DNA of 64,000 nucleotides. It comes from Octopus vulgaris (lineage: Eukaryota). The stretch is from assembly GCA_951406725.2 (NCBI GenBank), contig OX597842.1, positions 10,106,001 to 10,170,000 of the forward strand, given 5' to 3'. A program made the position numbers and the translations under genes. Below are positions 24,339 to 36,700 of the stretch, one piece after another. How positions within the stretch are numbered: position 1 is the stretch's first letter; every line of letters begins with the position of its first letter. The notes beneath the pieces are model-generated. The model saw only the letters and a list, made by a program, of their open reading frames with translations. It searched no databases and had not been told where the DNA came from.

Positions 24339-24729
24339 ATCGGGAATCTATTGTGTATGTCTATCAGAAATTATGCAAAACTAGGTTTTCAGTGCAGTTT
24401 TTTCTCAGAAAATCTTTGAAAATGTAGGGCGACAGATGTGTTTGTCCGCTTTACTGATTTTTCTATTTCAAACTACGTAGAAACGTTTTTTGGGTTAAAC
24501 TAGACTTTTTGCTTGTCAACGAAATTATAAATAATATAAGACCACGTGTTTATGTGACAAAATTCCTGATAAAAATTAGTCTACAGCTGGATTATATTTC
24601 TGCAAGCAATATCTCTTTTCTCGATTGGATTGTGGTCATTAAATGCCTGGGTTGTAGCCACTTAAGCTATTCGTGGCCTGGGCCTAAACGTATTTAAGTT
24701 CGCGCTCGCGTATATATATATATATAATG

Positions 24730-24910
24730 TCGGTGGCACATAAAATCACCCACTATACTCTCGGAGTGGTTGGCGTTAGGAAGGGCATCCAGCTGTAGAA
24801 ACACTGCCAGATCTGACTGGCCTGGTGCAGCCTTCGGGCTCCCCAGACCCCAGTTGAACCGTCCAACCCATGCCAGCATGGAAAGCGGACGTTAAACGAT
24901 GATGATGGTG
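24730..24910 (+). mobile_element. SINE with (GAT)n tail (also ~55265-55465 and partial ~63000-63080)
   Basis: GGTTGGCGTTAGGAAGGGCATCCAGCTGTAGAAAC...CCCATGCCAGCATGGAAAGCGGACGTTAAACGATGATG. Confidence 0.8.
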
Positions 24911-25859
24911 AATGTGTGTGTATGTATGAACATGATACTATAGTTGGGATGTTTTTATTTCGGTCGAGTCAGTTTCGCCTGTGGATGTAAGAGCTCTTTC
25001 GGGTTCACAATGGTACCTTGCCTGAAGGTCCTCTGAACCTACACGTGAAACTTGGATAGGTGACTGGCTCGGTTAAAATTATACACGTGTGTATTTAAGA
25101 TATCTTTAAAGGTCCTATAGTCCGTCTGTGTAGTGGGTCGTCTCTGGGGTGGCAGAGGTAAAGAATTCGTACACCACCGGGTTTTCGGCGGCACAAAACC
25201 CCCTTACCACTGGGTGTATGTATCTATCTTTTATACTTTCGCCAATTACCGTTGCGATCTTTTGCGGTGAGATGAAGGCAGGGAATGAGTGTTTATAGAT
25301 AGATAGCTGCAAATCTAGAAATTGATTTATTCTTGTGTAGAAAATTTTAAGATTATCTGGAATGAGGTCTTAGTGTGTGTGTCGTATTGTAACGGCCATG
25401 CTCCATGCAGGCTGCTTCACCTGGACATATTTACCACACGTCTATTGTTAGCTTCGACTATATTCATAGGTTTAATTCCATTCTCTCTCTCTCTCTAGTA
25501 TACACACACACACTATGTGTAATATGCACTCAGCTGCCTGTTTTAGACTGTTCTCTATTGGGTGTGTATATACCGATCTCTCTTTCATGTATATATGGTC
25601 GTATGATTTCATCCTCTTTAGACTAGCTTTCTATAGGATCTATATATATATATACAATATAGGTATTTCTGTCTGTATTTAGTCGAATATATATTAGTCT
25701 ACTTAGGCTATAGTCTTTCTTATGTATGTTGGGCTGTAACGAATCTCTCTCTCTCACACACACACACTTTCCTATCTATTGAATTCCTTTCTGCTATTTG
25801 CCATTATCAAATGTTGCTTTCGGAAATTCAAGAAGCCGATACCAGATTTAGATACGAAA

Positions 25860-25886
25860 GTGTGTGTGTGTATGTATATATTTATG

Positions 25887-25923
<37 letters not shown>

Positions 25924-26415
25924 ATATATATATTTTTATTTATGTATGTGTGTGTGTGTATATATATATTTTTATTTATGTGTGTGTATATATATTTTTA
26001 TTTATGTATGTGTGTGTGTATATATATATTTATGTATATATGTGTGTGTGTGTGTATATATATTTATGTATGTGTGTATGTATATATGTGTGTGTGTGTA
26101 TATATATTTATGTATGTGTGTGTGTATGTATATATGTGTGTATATATATGTGTGCGTGTGTGCATATATATATGTGTGTGTATGTATGTATATATATGTG
26201 TGTGTGTATGTATATATATGTGTATGTATATATATATGTGTGTATGTATATATATATGTGTGTGTATGTATGTATATATATATGTGTGTGTGTATGTATA
26301 TATGTGTGTGTGTATGTATATATGTGTGTGTGTATATATATGTGTGCGTGTGTGCATATATATATGTGTGTGTATGTATGTATATATATATGTGTGTGTG
26401 TGTGTGCATATATAG
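25860..26415. repeat. (TG)/(TA) compound microsatellite
   Basis: Direct inspection; similar tracts at 13790-14120, 28080-28500 and 63080-63470. Confidence 0.95.
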
Positions 26416-26920
26416 TGTGATAGTACGTTTATTTGTCAAATCGATACTAAATATTTGTCTTTGTTCCGTTGAAAGCCATATGAAGTGTGCTTTTGTCTGT
26501 GTTAGTATAATTACTATTTTTTTTTCTAAGTCTTTGTACTGTAGTTCCAACGTTTTTTTAATTTTTTTTTTTATAATTGTGTAGTCTAACAATGACCTTA
26601 TGTGAAATGATGGTGATAAAGCAAAAATCGTAAGCGAACAATGGTTTTTGTTCTGCAAACACCCAAACCTTTCTTTATTATAATTGTGGGGTTTGATATT
26701 TGCATTTAAAAGGTCTCAAACAATATAAAACGGCGAGGATGGCAAATCTGATGGAAGATAAAATGACAAAAATAAGTATTTTGTCTCTTTTCTCTCTCCT
26801 CCACAGTTTCCTCGCGTGACTTGTGTGTGCCATTAATTTGAATCAACCGTCCATCACCAAGACCGGCATTTTTGCCTCCTCCTTTGTATCAAATACAGCC
26901 TCCTCATTATAGTACTACAC

Positions 26921-26951
<31 letters not shown>

Positions 26952-27056
26952 CTAAGATCTTCAACCGTTTGACTGTGGCCTTGCTGGGACAGTCTTTTCG
27001 TTTAGATGAATCGAACCTCCTGTACTTAGCTGCGTTTTTGGTCTGTTTTACCGGAC

Positions 27057-27620
27057 CTATTTCTTTATTACCCACAAGGGGCTAAACATAGAGGGGACAA
27101 ACAAGGACAGACGTAGGTTATTAAGTCGATTACATCGACCCCAGGACGTAACTGGTACTTAATTTATCGGCCCCGAAAGGATGAAAGGCAAAATCGACCT
27201 CGGCGGAATTTAAACTCAGAACGTAGCGGCAGACGAAATAACCTATTTCTTTACTACCCACAAGGGGCTAAACATAGAGGGGACAAACAAGGACAGACGT
27301 AGGTATTAAGTCGATTTTATCGACCCCGAAAGGATGAAAGGCAGTCGACCTCGGCGGAATTTGAACTCAGAAACGTAGCGGCAGACGAAATAACCTATTT
27401 CTTTACTACCCACAAGGGGCTAAACATAGAGGGGACAAACAAGGACAGACGTGGGTATTAAAGTCGATTACATCGACCCCAGTACGTAACTGGTACTTAA
27501 TTTATCGACCCCCCCGAAAGGATGAAAGGTAAAGTTGACCTCGGCGGAATTTGAACTCAGAACGTAGCGGCAGACGAAATACCGCTAAGCATTTCGTCCG
27601 GCGCGCTAACGTTTCTGCGT
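27057..27620 (-). repeat. Tandem array (3 units) of the SINE seen at 660-1441
   Basis: Same unit sequence. Confidence 0.85.
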
Positions 27621-28400
27621 TTTCAGTCTGTTTTGCCGAACCGCTACGTCGCAGGGATATAAGGAAACATATACGGCGGGCTTTTCTGTATACCAGAATC
27701 TATTCAAAAGGCTCTGGACGGCTCGGTGCTGTTAATAGGTGCCACGGATTTGGACTGAACCTGGAGATATGTAGTTGGGAAGGTGCTCCACTTAAATACA
27801 GAGGTCCCGTAGGGTTAGTTTTCGGGGACCTCTAAATAGTTACCGCAAACTTCTAAGCACTCAGCCGTACCTGCGCTGAAAAGGAGGGTCAGTTAGGGTT
27901 TTATTAAACACGATTCCCCTCGGGTTCACACTTATTGCAGCGGTCCTTCAGTTTTCAGCTTTTCTAAGTCCTGTAAAAAGAACTCGGCTTCTAACCAGGC
28001 CAGGAACTTTTTCAGCACTCCCTCGTGTGTGTGTCTAGGTAGATAAGAGCGAGTATTGTTGCTTTTCGCCAGTATATGTATATATACACACACACACAAT
28101 ATTTCTATATATATACACACACACACACACACATTATTTCTCTATATATACACACACATTTCTCTCTCTATATATATACACACACACATTATTTCTCTCT
28201 ATATATATACACACACACATTATTTCTCTCTCTCTATATATATATACACACATTATTTCTCTCTCTCTCTCTTATATATATATATATATATATACACACA
28301 CATTCTTTCTCTCTATATATATATACACACATTATTTCTCTCTCTATATATATATATATACACACATTATTTCTCTCTATATATATACACACACACACAC

Positions 28401-28494
<94 letters not shown>

Positions 28495-29542
28495 CATACA
28501 AATACTATTTCTCTCGGAGAACAAAGTACTGATTGCAAGAAGAAAGTAATTAAGAAATATTTCAAAATTTTTTGATTATTTCTTCGTAAGACTATAATGG
28601 GTGCGGTTGTAATTATGTCGGCAAACACACACATTCAGAGGAAGAGAATGTTCATCAGGCTTTATCTTCCAATCTTTCCGTTGGTGAAGCTCGTAAGCCG
28701 GGAGAGGAGGATGCCTGGCTGCTGTTGCTAGCATTTCTGAAAAAGCCTTGGATGCGAAGAGGCTTCTAGATGCTCTTGTCTCACTATAGTCGTTGTTTGG
28801 CGGCCGTCTTCACTAAAATAGAATGTTTTTGTCTCTGTCTGTCAGTCATCCATCACGTGTTAGATTACACATACGTAAAAGCGCGCGCTTGTGCTATATA
28901 TATATATATATATATACATACATACATATATATATATATTATTAAATAAAGCGTACATGACAAGAATGTCTTGTTATCTTGTGTGGTGTTGATTTAGTTA
29001 CGGATATAGCTATTCTATTATAGGTTTTAACCCGCTTCTGGCCATACTGGAGCACCACCGCCGATGTGTATACATTTCGAATAAGGCTGACTGTCTTTTT
29101 ATATATATCCATAACCATCCTCTTTCCTGGTCTAGATGTATGTATGTATATATACATACACTATTGTCGGCTTCAGCCAGTCTGTAGGCAGGCGTTTCTC
29201 AGTTTATATATAAACTATATATATCCTTATCTGGTTAGCGTGTGTGTGTGTGTGTGTATATACATGTATATATATTAGGTTTGGAGATGATGTACAGGTA
29301 TTTTATATTAGAAGAAATGAGGTACTCAGAAATTCGGATGGTTTTAGATTTAGAAATATTTATTTGTATATTACATGTTTTTATACATCATATAACTTAT
29401 ATCATATATATTAGCGCTTTCGTCCATTCTGGTGGATTTTTCAAGTGGAACTATATATATTTATATATTTAGCCATTATATAATTATGAATTCTGCAGTA
29501 CTTAATTTCAGGCTTCGTCGGCCCTCTCGAGTATTGCTCAAA

Positions 29543-29601
<59 letters not shown>

Positions 29602-29693
29602 CTTTTGATATATATTTAAAATAATATAAATGAATTTTATGTATTGGCTTGTTTTTCATTGTTTGATTTGCCTAATAGTGGTTTTATCTCTAA

Positions 29694-29745
<52 letters not shown>

Positions 29746-30786
29746 CAACGGTCTCTACAAGGCTTACGTGCTTTGAGAAAATGTAATCATCTTTGAGATA
29801 AAAACGTGGTTTCACTCTTCCAACAACCACCGTGAATTAAAAAAAAAAATAAAACCTGGCTTGTAAAACTAAATATTAAATCAATTAATTTTCTAGCTTA
29901 CTACACTTAAATTATCACATCTGTGTCGCTGAAAATTTAATTTTTATTCTATTTATTCTAATTAGTAAATAATAGGACGACGGTATGCAAATGCGATCAC
30001 CACAAGCTCTTGTGATTTCTAGCACGACGCTGATTTCTTGTAATAAAGTAGCCATTTTTACCTCATCGTCGGCATTTTTAAAATTATTATTAAGGTTTAT
30101 GCAGGAGAAAATAGTTATTATTAATTGGAATTATTTACTAAGGTGTGATGTGGTTAGTTTATTTTCATCGTTTTGTAATAAGATTTCGGGTTGGTTGAAA
30201 TAAAGTGTATTTTTCTGGAATTATTTGAAAATTGATGATGGTGGTGGAGTTGGTTACCAGACTGTGGCATGAAGGGGAAGGGGTCTTTTTGTTCTTTGTA
30301 GCGCGTTGTTATTGGCTGGTGGTGGCGGTGTTGCAGCGATTTAACTGCTGTAGTAGCAGTCGTAGTAGTAGTAATAGTAGTAAGCAAGCAAGCACTATGG
30401 TGGTGGCGATGTGGGTTGACAGTAGCGCCTGCTCTGCTGCTAACAACGTCGTCGTCGTAGCCGCCGCTGCCGCCATCCGACCGAGTATAGAAGGATGACC
30501 TAAAAATAACGGGAATAACGAACGAACCAGCCAGCTTAGCTTAGCTATCTCTTATCTTGCAGGGAAAGGGGGGGGTTACGAGAGAAGCGACGTACAGACA
30601 GACACGTGCTCCTATTCTCATGCTTTCTCTTCTTCCTGTTTTTAACTTTTAACTATTTATAAATTTAGACCATTTCGTAAAGAATGTATAAAAGAATTTT
30701 TTTTTCATTCGGCTTTAACCCATATAATCTAAATAGGTCTTTAGATCTTTTCTCTCTCTCGTTCTTGTGTGTACCTACCTACCCCC

Positions 30787-30830
<44 letters not shown>

Positions 30831-31014
30831 ATCCATCCATCCATCCATCCATCCCACTATAGTAGTTTTCATTTGAATTTTCGAATCGTAATATAGTGCC
30901 CCAATGCTCTTCTCTCCTCTCCCTACTCCTCATCGCAACTAGAGCTTCACCCCCTTCCTAATACTGCCTTCTCCCACCTTTCCCCTCTCTGACTCCCCCC
31001 TCTACGCTACATTA

Positions 31015-31230
31015 CTAAGTGCCGCTGCTGTGTGGTGTTGCGGCTTCGCGGCGACCCCCCTTTCCAACCCATCGCCCCCCCTCGTTTTGCTCGATCCCCT
31101 CCGAGGTAAAAATGCTAATGTTTGAAAAGGATGCTTTATGAAGAGAGAACAAAGACTTTTTTTCTCTGGCTTGCTTGCTTATTGCAACAATCACGTGACT
31201 GCTGTTGCTGCTGACACATGCGCAGTCAGC
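31015..31230 (+). promoter_or_regulatory. Candidate proximal promoter and first exon (~31020-31105)
   Basis: CpG-rich patch; donor CCGAG|GTAAAA at 31105/31106; CACGTGAC at 31192; NRF1-like CATGCGCA at ~31217. Confidence 0.5.
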
Positions 31231-33734
31231 AACCGGTCTGCGCTGTACAAGATTGCCGAATTGCAATAAATTCTATCACCCCCACTTGGTCGTATCTGGA
31301 ATTTTTTTGGTCCATTACGCTATATACGATAGTCAGGACTGCACTAGTGATTGTGGTGCATTATTAAACTTGGGGAAGAAGGGGTTGAACTAGTCTGATT
31401 AATAGCCCTGGTGCCGTGACCAATAGCACATTGAAAATGTCTCCCTATTCCCATTAACTTCCTGGAAAAAGGATATTTTTTATTGAAATTTTCCGATAGT
31501 GTATGGTTAAGATTTTATCGGAATTCAGTATATAGAAAAGGGTGGTGGTGGAATAAGCGGCTATTTCACACATCTAGACATTGATGTGTTCTGATGTTGG
31601 TCATACAATTGTTTCCAATTAACTGTATATGGCTTTCGTCCTTTCTTTTCTGGAATTTACGGAAAATTTTCCAAGCATGCTGCCATTATTTGAAGAAGGC
31701 TTCATCAAACGTGAATTTGTTGATATTGTCTAAGGCTTTAGGCCTTAGAATATATCCATGTGATTCCTCACTATTTCTAGCATATTACTTCTGAATTTAT
31801 TTAACCCTATCAGACCCAAATATTTTATTTCGTTCAAGCCTATTACATTTGGCCTCTCGCACCTACCTTGCAATGCCTCTCTAATAATGAACGATTTCAT
31901 TTGATAGAGTAATCTGAATGCTAAAGGGTTTAAAGAAAGTTTTTCATGTCGCGTAAAACTTATTTGTGGAAAATTTCATTAAAATTTCCAATTTTCCGCC
32001 CTGCACATAGATTTTCATATCAAATTCCGACATCACAATCCACCCATTTAGAATATATTTGTAGAAAATTTTATTAAAAAAAACATTTTTCGTAGAGGGT
32101 GACAGTTGGGTGGGTGGGGACGCTTCTGTTATTGCTGGTATTTTGTTCTCAAGTTCTTGATAAAGCTGTTGTATTAAGGGATCTTGAGTTTTGTATGCAT
32201 TTGTCTTAAAACCTGTAGGGAGTAGTTAACACTGGTGTTAACTCGCATTGGGAGGATGTCTGGGAAATACTGATGAATAAGCAAATTATATGCATTTTTG
32301 TGTTAGATTCCCTATTTGTAAATAAATTATACATAGCTCTGAGACAGCTAGCTGGCAGAAATGCTTGGCTTTTCATTTGTTCTCATGTTCTGAGTTCAAA
32401 TTCTGAGGTCATTGTGATCAAAATAAGTACCAGTTGACCACTGGGGATCATTATAATTGAAATTGACTTATTGTTCACCTTAAAATTGCTGTGTGCCCAA
32501 AATTAAAATTATACAGAGCTCTTTAGATTTCTGCTGAGGTTAACTTTCCTTTCCTTAGCGGGTCAGTAAAATTTTATACCGGTCAGTTACTTGAGCCATT
32601 TAGTATTGACTACCCCCTCAAAAATGCTGGTTTTGTCTAAATTGGAAAATGAATATGCAGGTACAGCATTTCCCTAAAATAAAAAATCCTGTTGTCTGTT
32701 GGTAGGGTAGTAGGCAGTGTGAGAGAAAATGCTGCCTTAACTTCAACTTATTTCTGTTGAAATAGTTTTTTTTTTTTTATTACTTGAAATAAAGAATTTA
32801 AACTACTGATACTAGGTTCGTGTTTGGGACATAAATTAGTATGGTTTTTAGGAATTCTCTAAAATTGGACCACGGGCTTGTAGAGGGTTTGTATGGGGAT
32901 TTGGGTTTAAATTTCTTGAGGCCTTCTTTGAAGCATAATCCTTAAAATTTTTCTTTTTTAAAAGATTAATTGAATGTATAAGATTTGAGTTTTGGAAGGA
33001 AATGACTAGAATATATAGATCCCTACGAAATAAATCGGAAAAAGCTTTCATATTGTCCCTAAGGTTACGGTCAATGACACAGTAACCAGATTGGTAGCGA
33101 CTGGAGTGAATTTGATTATAGGATGAAAACTTAGGATAATTACACTGCTTACTCCTCCTTCTCCAGACTTTGTGCTATTGGTCCATGTTGTATATGTGCA
33201 GGGTTTTTCGCGTTAAATTAGAGTTTTCATAACAGAAAAATAAGACAATATTCCATTTGACAATAAAATTGTTGATTAGATTATGGCTGTGAGGTGAGTT
33301 CACTCAAAGTAGCTGCCCTCGGTTTTCAACACAGCCCCAAGATAGCTCTGAAATCTGGCACGTGTATTCCTCATTGTGTCTCTGGGAAGATCTTTGAACA
33401 CTCATGATCTGAGTTCCCCGCCATGCATAGCACTTTGGACACTTTTCTTGTGCTATTGCACTGGGGATTAAAACTTTTGAGTGGATTTTGTAGACTGAAA
33501 GAAGTTTGTGTTGCAGGGGTGTTTCTATGCTTTGTTTCCACTTTTTAAACATGGTTTAGCTCTTCAGTAAGCAGGGGTATTATTACCCCTACATGGAAGG
33601 GACTTGCAACATTAAGGGCAGCCATCCATGGAAAATAGTTTACACAAGATTCTGGTGTTTGTGCTTTGTAATTAAGGCTTTTCTTTTTACCCTGTGGTGA
33701 ATATTTCTTTTCCTTTCTTTTACAGTAAATAAAC

Positions 33735-36700
33735 ATGTCTACAGAAGATCTACAACAGAACATTGTCAATGATGATGACGACGAAGTTGAAGAAGTAACC
33801 CAGGGAGATATGGAAACTGGGACCTTGCCTCTTGATGATGAGGAAAAAGTGGAAGGTGATGTTCCTATGGAAGACAGCAATGCGGAAGGTAAGATAATTC
33901 TAGTCCTCCACCACCTTCAATACTTGCAATTTTTCTGTAGGGCCAACTGTGAATGATATAAATTATTGGGAAGTGATAACTTTGATTCTTTTAAGTTATC
34001 TCTTGGCCCCTATCCAGCTAAGGGGATAGTATTTAATACCTCCTTGTTTCACCCTTTTGTTAGCATGTTTCTATTGAAAACAATGTAGAATTTAGTAAAA
34101 TAACTTTGTCGTTATTAAGTTGGTGTTTGGAACAAATTTAGAAATTTTGATGGTTTTAATTTAGACCATAAACCCTTTTCTTACCATATTTCTGTTAAGT
34201 AACTACATTATCATTCCATGCTGGCTGGCATGGTAGGATGGTTTCATCAGAGCTGGGGAGGCACAGCAGACTCCAGTCTGATTTGGCTTGGTTTTGACAG
34301 CAGGGTGCTTTTCCTGGCACCGACACGTGTGCTTTACATCATCAGATGGACCAACTGCCTGCTTCAATGAAAATTTTGCAAGGCTTTAATTTAAAATTTT
34401 TATTAGGCCCATTTATGTTATAACTGGTTTTTTATTAAAGAATAAAGGCATTGAGAGTTATCTCTTGTTTGGAATTGTCTCCCTGTGAACAAGATTTGTC
34501 TTCCGGTTTTAATTTGTTTTCCTTTCCATTTTTTACAGAGAAGAAAGATGATGCTGAAAAGAAGGAAGAGGAGGATGACAATACATTTAATTTGAGTGAG
34601 TGTTGCAGAGTTTTTCCTTTTTCTTTTTTAAGCTCTATATGTTAGATGGGAGATGTTTGAGAACGTCGTGGTGGTCTGTTTAACCCCGTAGCATTTACAC
34701 TGGCCAGATCCAGACTCCCACTTCTGCTCTACAATATCATTCTGAAAATAAGCAGTCGCCTTGATGCTTCAAGATACCACCAGATGACACTTTTACTTGT
34801 TTGTCATTTGACTGTGGCCATGCTGAAGCACCATCTTTGGTCAAATGGATCAACCCCATGACTTATTCCTTGTAAACCTAGTACTTATTCTATTAGTCTC
34901 TTTTGCTGGATTGCTAAGTTACAATTGTCAAGTGATGGTTGGGAGGCAAATACATATATATATATATATATATATATGATAGGCTTCTTTCAGTTTCCAT
35001 CTGATTTTTTTTAATGTAAATAAATATTTCATTTGATAAGTTAATCTGAATGCTAGTGTTAGACTAATCCAGCAATGTCATTGAAAATGCAATCACATCA
35101 TTGAAATCTGAAAACTATGAGATAATGCATGATTAATTCTAATCAATGTGAATGAATATGCATTGCATCGGTCAGTAGTCTGAAGGCTGAAGCACCATTT
35201 TCATGTAAGTTGCACCAAAGCAAAATTTCAGAAGACTCGAGGGTGGTCAGATAAATATCTGTGAAAGGTATGTTGTTGTGGCAGGGTCACAGACATGCAG
35301 ACGTGTGTGGTATGTATGCACATACATACCACACAAAGAATCAAAGCCGAGGTCAACTTTGCCTTTCTTTCTTTCGGGGTCGATTAACCCTTTCGTTACT
35401 GTATTTATTTTGGGATGCTCTGTGTTTCTTTCAATTACTTTAAATATAACAAAGAATTTAGTAAAATAACTTAGTTATCATTAAGCTAGTGTTAGGAACG
35501 TAAATTATGACTAAGGCTTGGTGGAATATTTCAATTCAAAAATTATAAAAATAAGACTTTTTACCACAGAGCCAGGGCTGGGTTAGTAACAAAAGGGTTA
35601 AATAAGTACTAGTTATGCACTGGGGTCGATGTAATCGACTTAATCCGTGTGTTTGTCCCTTCTGTGTTTAGCCCCTTGTGGGTAGTAAAGAAATAGGTAT
35701 GTATGCACAATTGGCTTGTTTTCAGTTTTTGCCTACAAAATCCAGTCAAGGTTTAGGCCTCCCTGAGGCTATATTATAAGACTAGTTAAAAGGGCCATGC
35801 AGCAGGGCTGAACCCAAAGCTCTGTGATTAGGAAGCAAACTTCTTACATAGACCCACCCGCATCTAATGATTAAAGTTTTGTAATTTGTGTCACCCAAGG
35901 ATGGCCCTTACCTTGGTGTAGGAAGTTTTGTTGAGTGTTTCATTTGTTTCTGTGCTGTCAGTGAGAGGGGTGGGTGTGAATAAACCGTTTTCTTCTTGTG
36001 TCACTGCAGGACGTCCATACCCCAACTTGTTGACAATTCACAAGTTAAAGCTGGAGGACATCAAGGTTGCTGTGTCCGAGTTGTCTGACTACTGGGATGA
36101 CTCCTGTTTGACCATCAGATACATTAAAGAGAAGTCTGGTATTAGGAAAGGGTAAGTATCCCTATTTCTCTCCTCCCTCTAATATAGTGGTTCACAACCA
36201 CATTTTCCCCCGCCCTCTTGTTTTTTTGTTGTTTTTATGTCCTGGGGGTTGTTCTAGTGTATGTCAACATTAAAGAAAAATACTATGAAATATTAGGGGT
36301 TGTTAAAGTGGTAAGCTGATAGGATTGTTTGCATGCTGGGCAAAATGCTTCACCTGCATTTTTCTCTGGCTGTACATTCCGAGTTCAAATTTCACTGAGC
36401 TTGACATAGCCTTTCACCCTTCTGGGGTCAATAACATAGGTACCAGTTGCCTACTGAGGTCAATGTAATTTTGGCAGTGGCGGGGCTAGTCAGTTATGCT
36501 GTGTAGCCCACCTTCCCCAAAATTACAGGCTCTGTGCCTATAATAGAAAGGATTTTCAAATGGTTTTGAAAATTGTGTGTGGTTATTGTTGGGTATATTA
36601 GTGTCGATGTAATCAGCTTTGTCCTTTCTCAAAAATTGCAGACAGTGGCAAGCTGACAGAATTCTGCCTTGGTCAGCTTCACCTTTTTTAGCTTTTTGAG

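Noticed and set aside
25779-26658. VCVYIY and HTHIY ORFs (also near 28.1, 60.8 and 63.1 kb)
   Set aside because: Microsatellite translations
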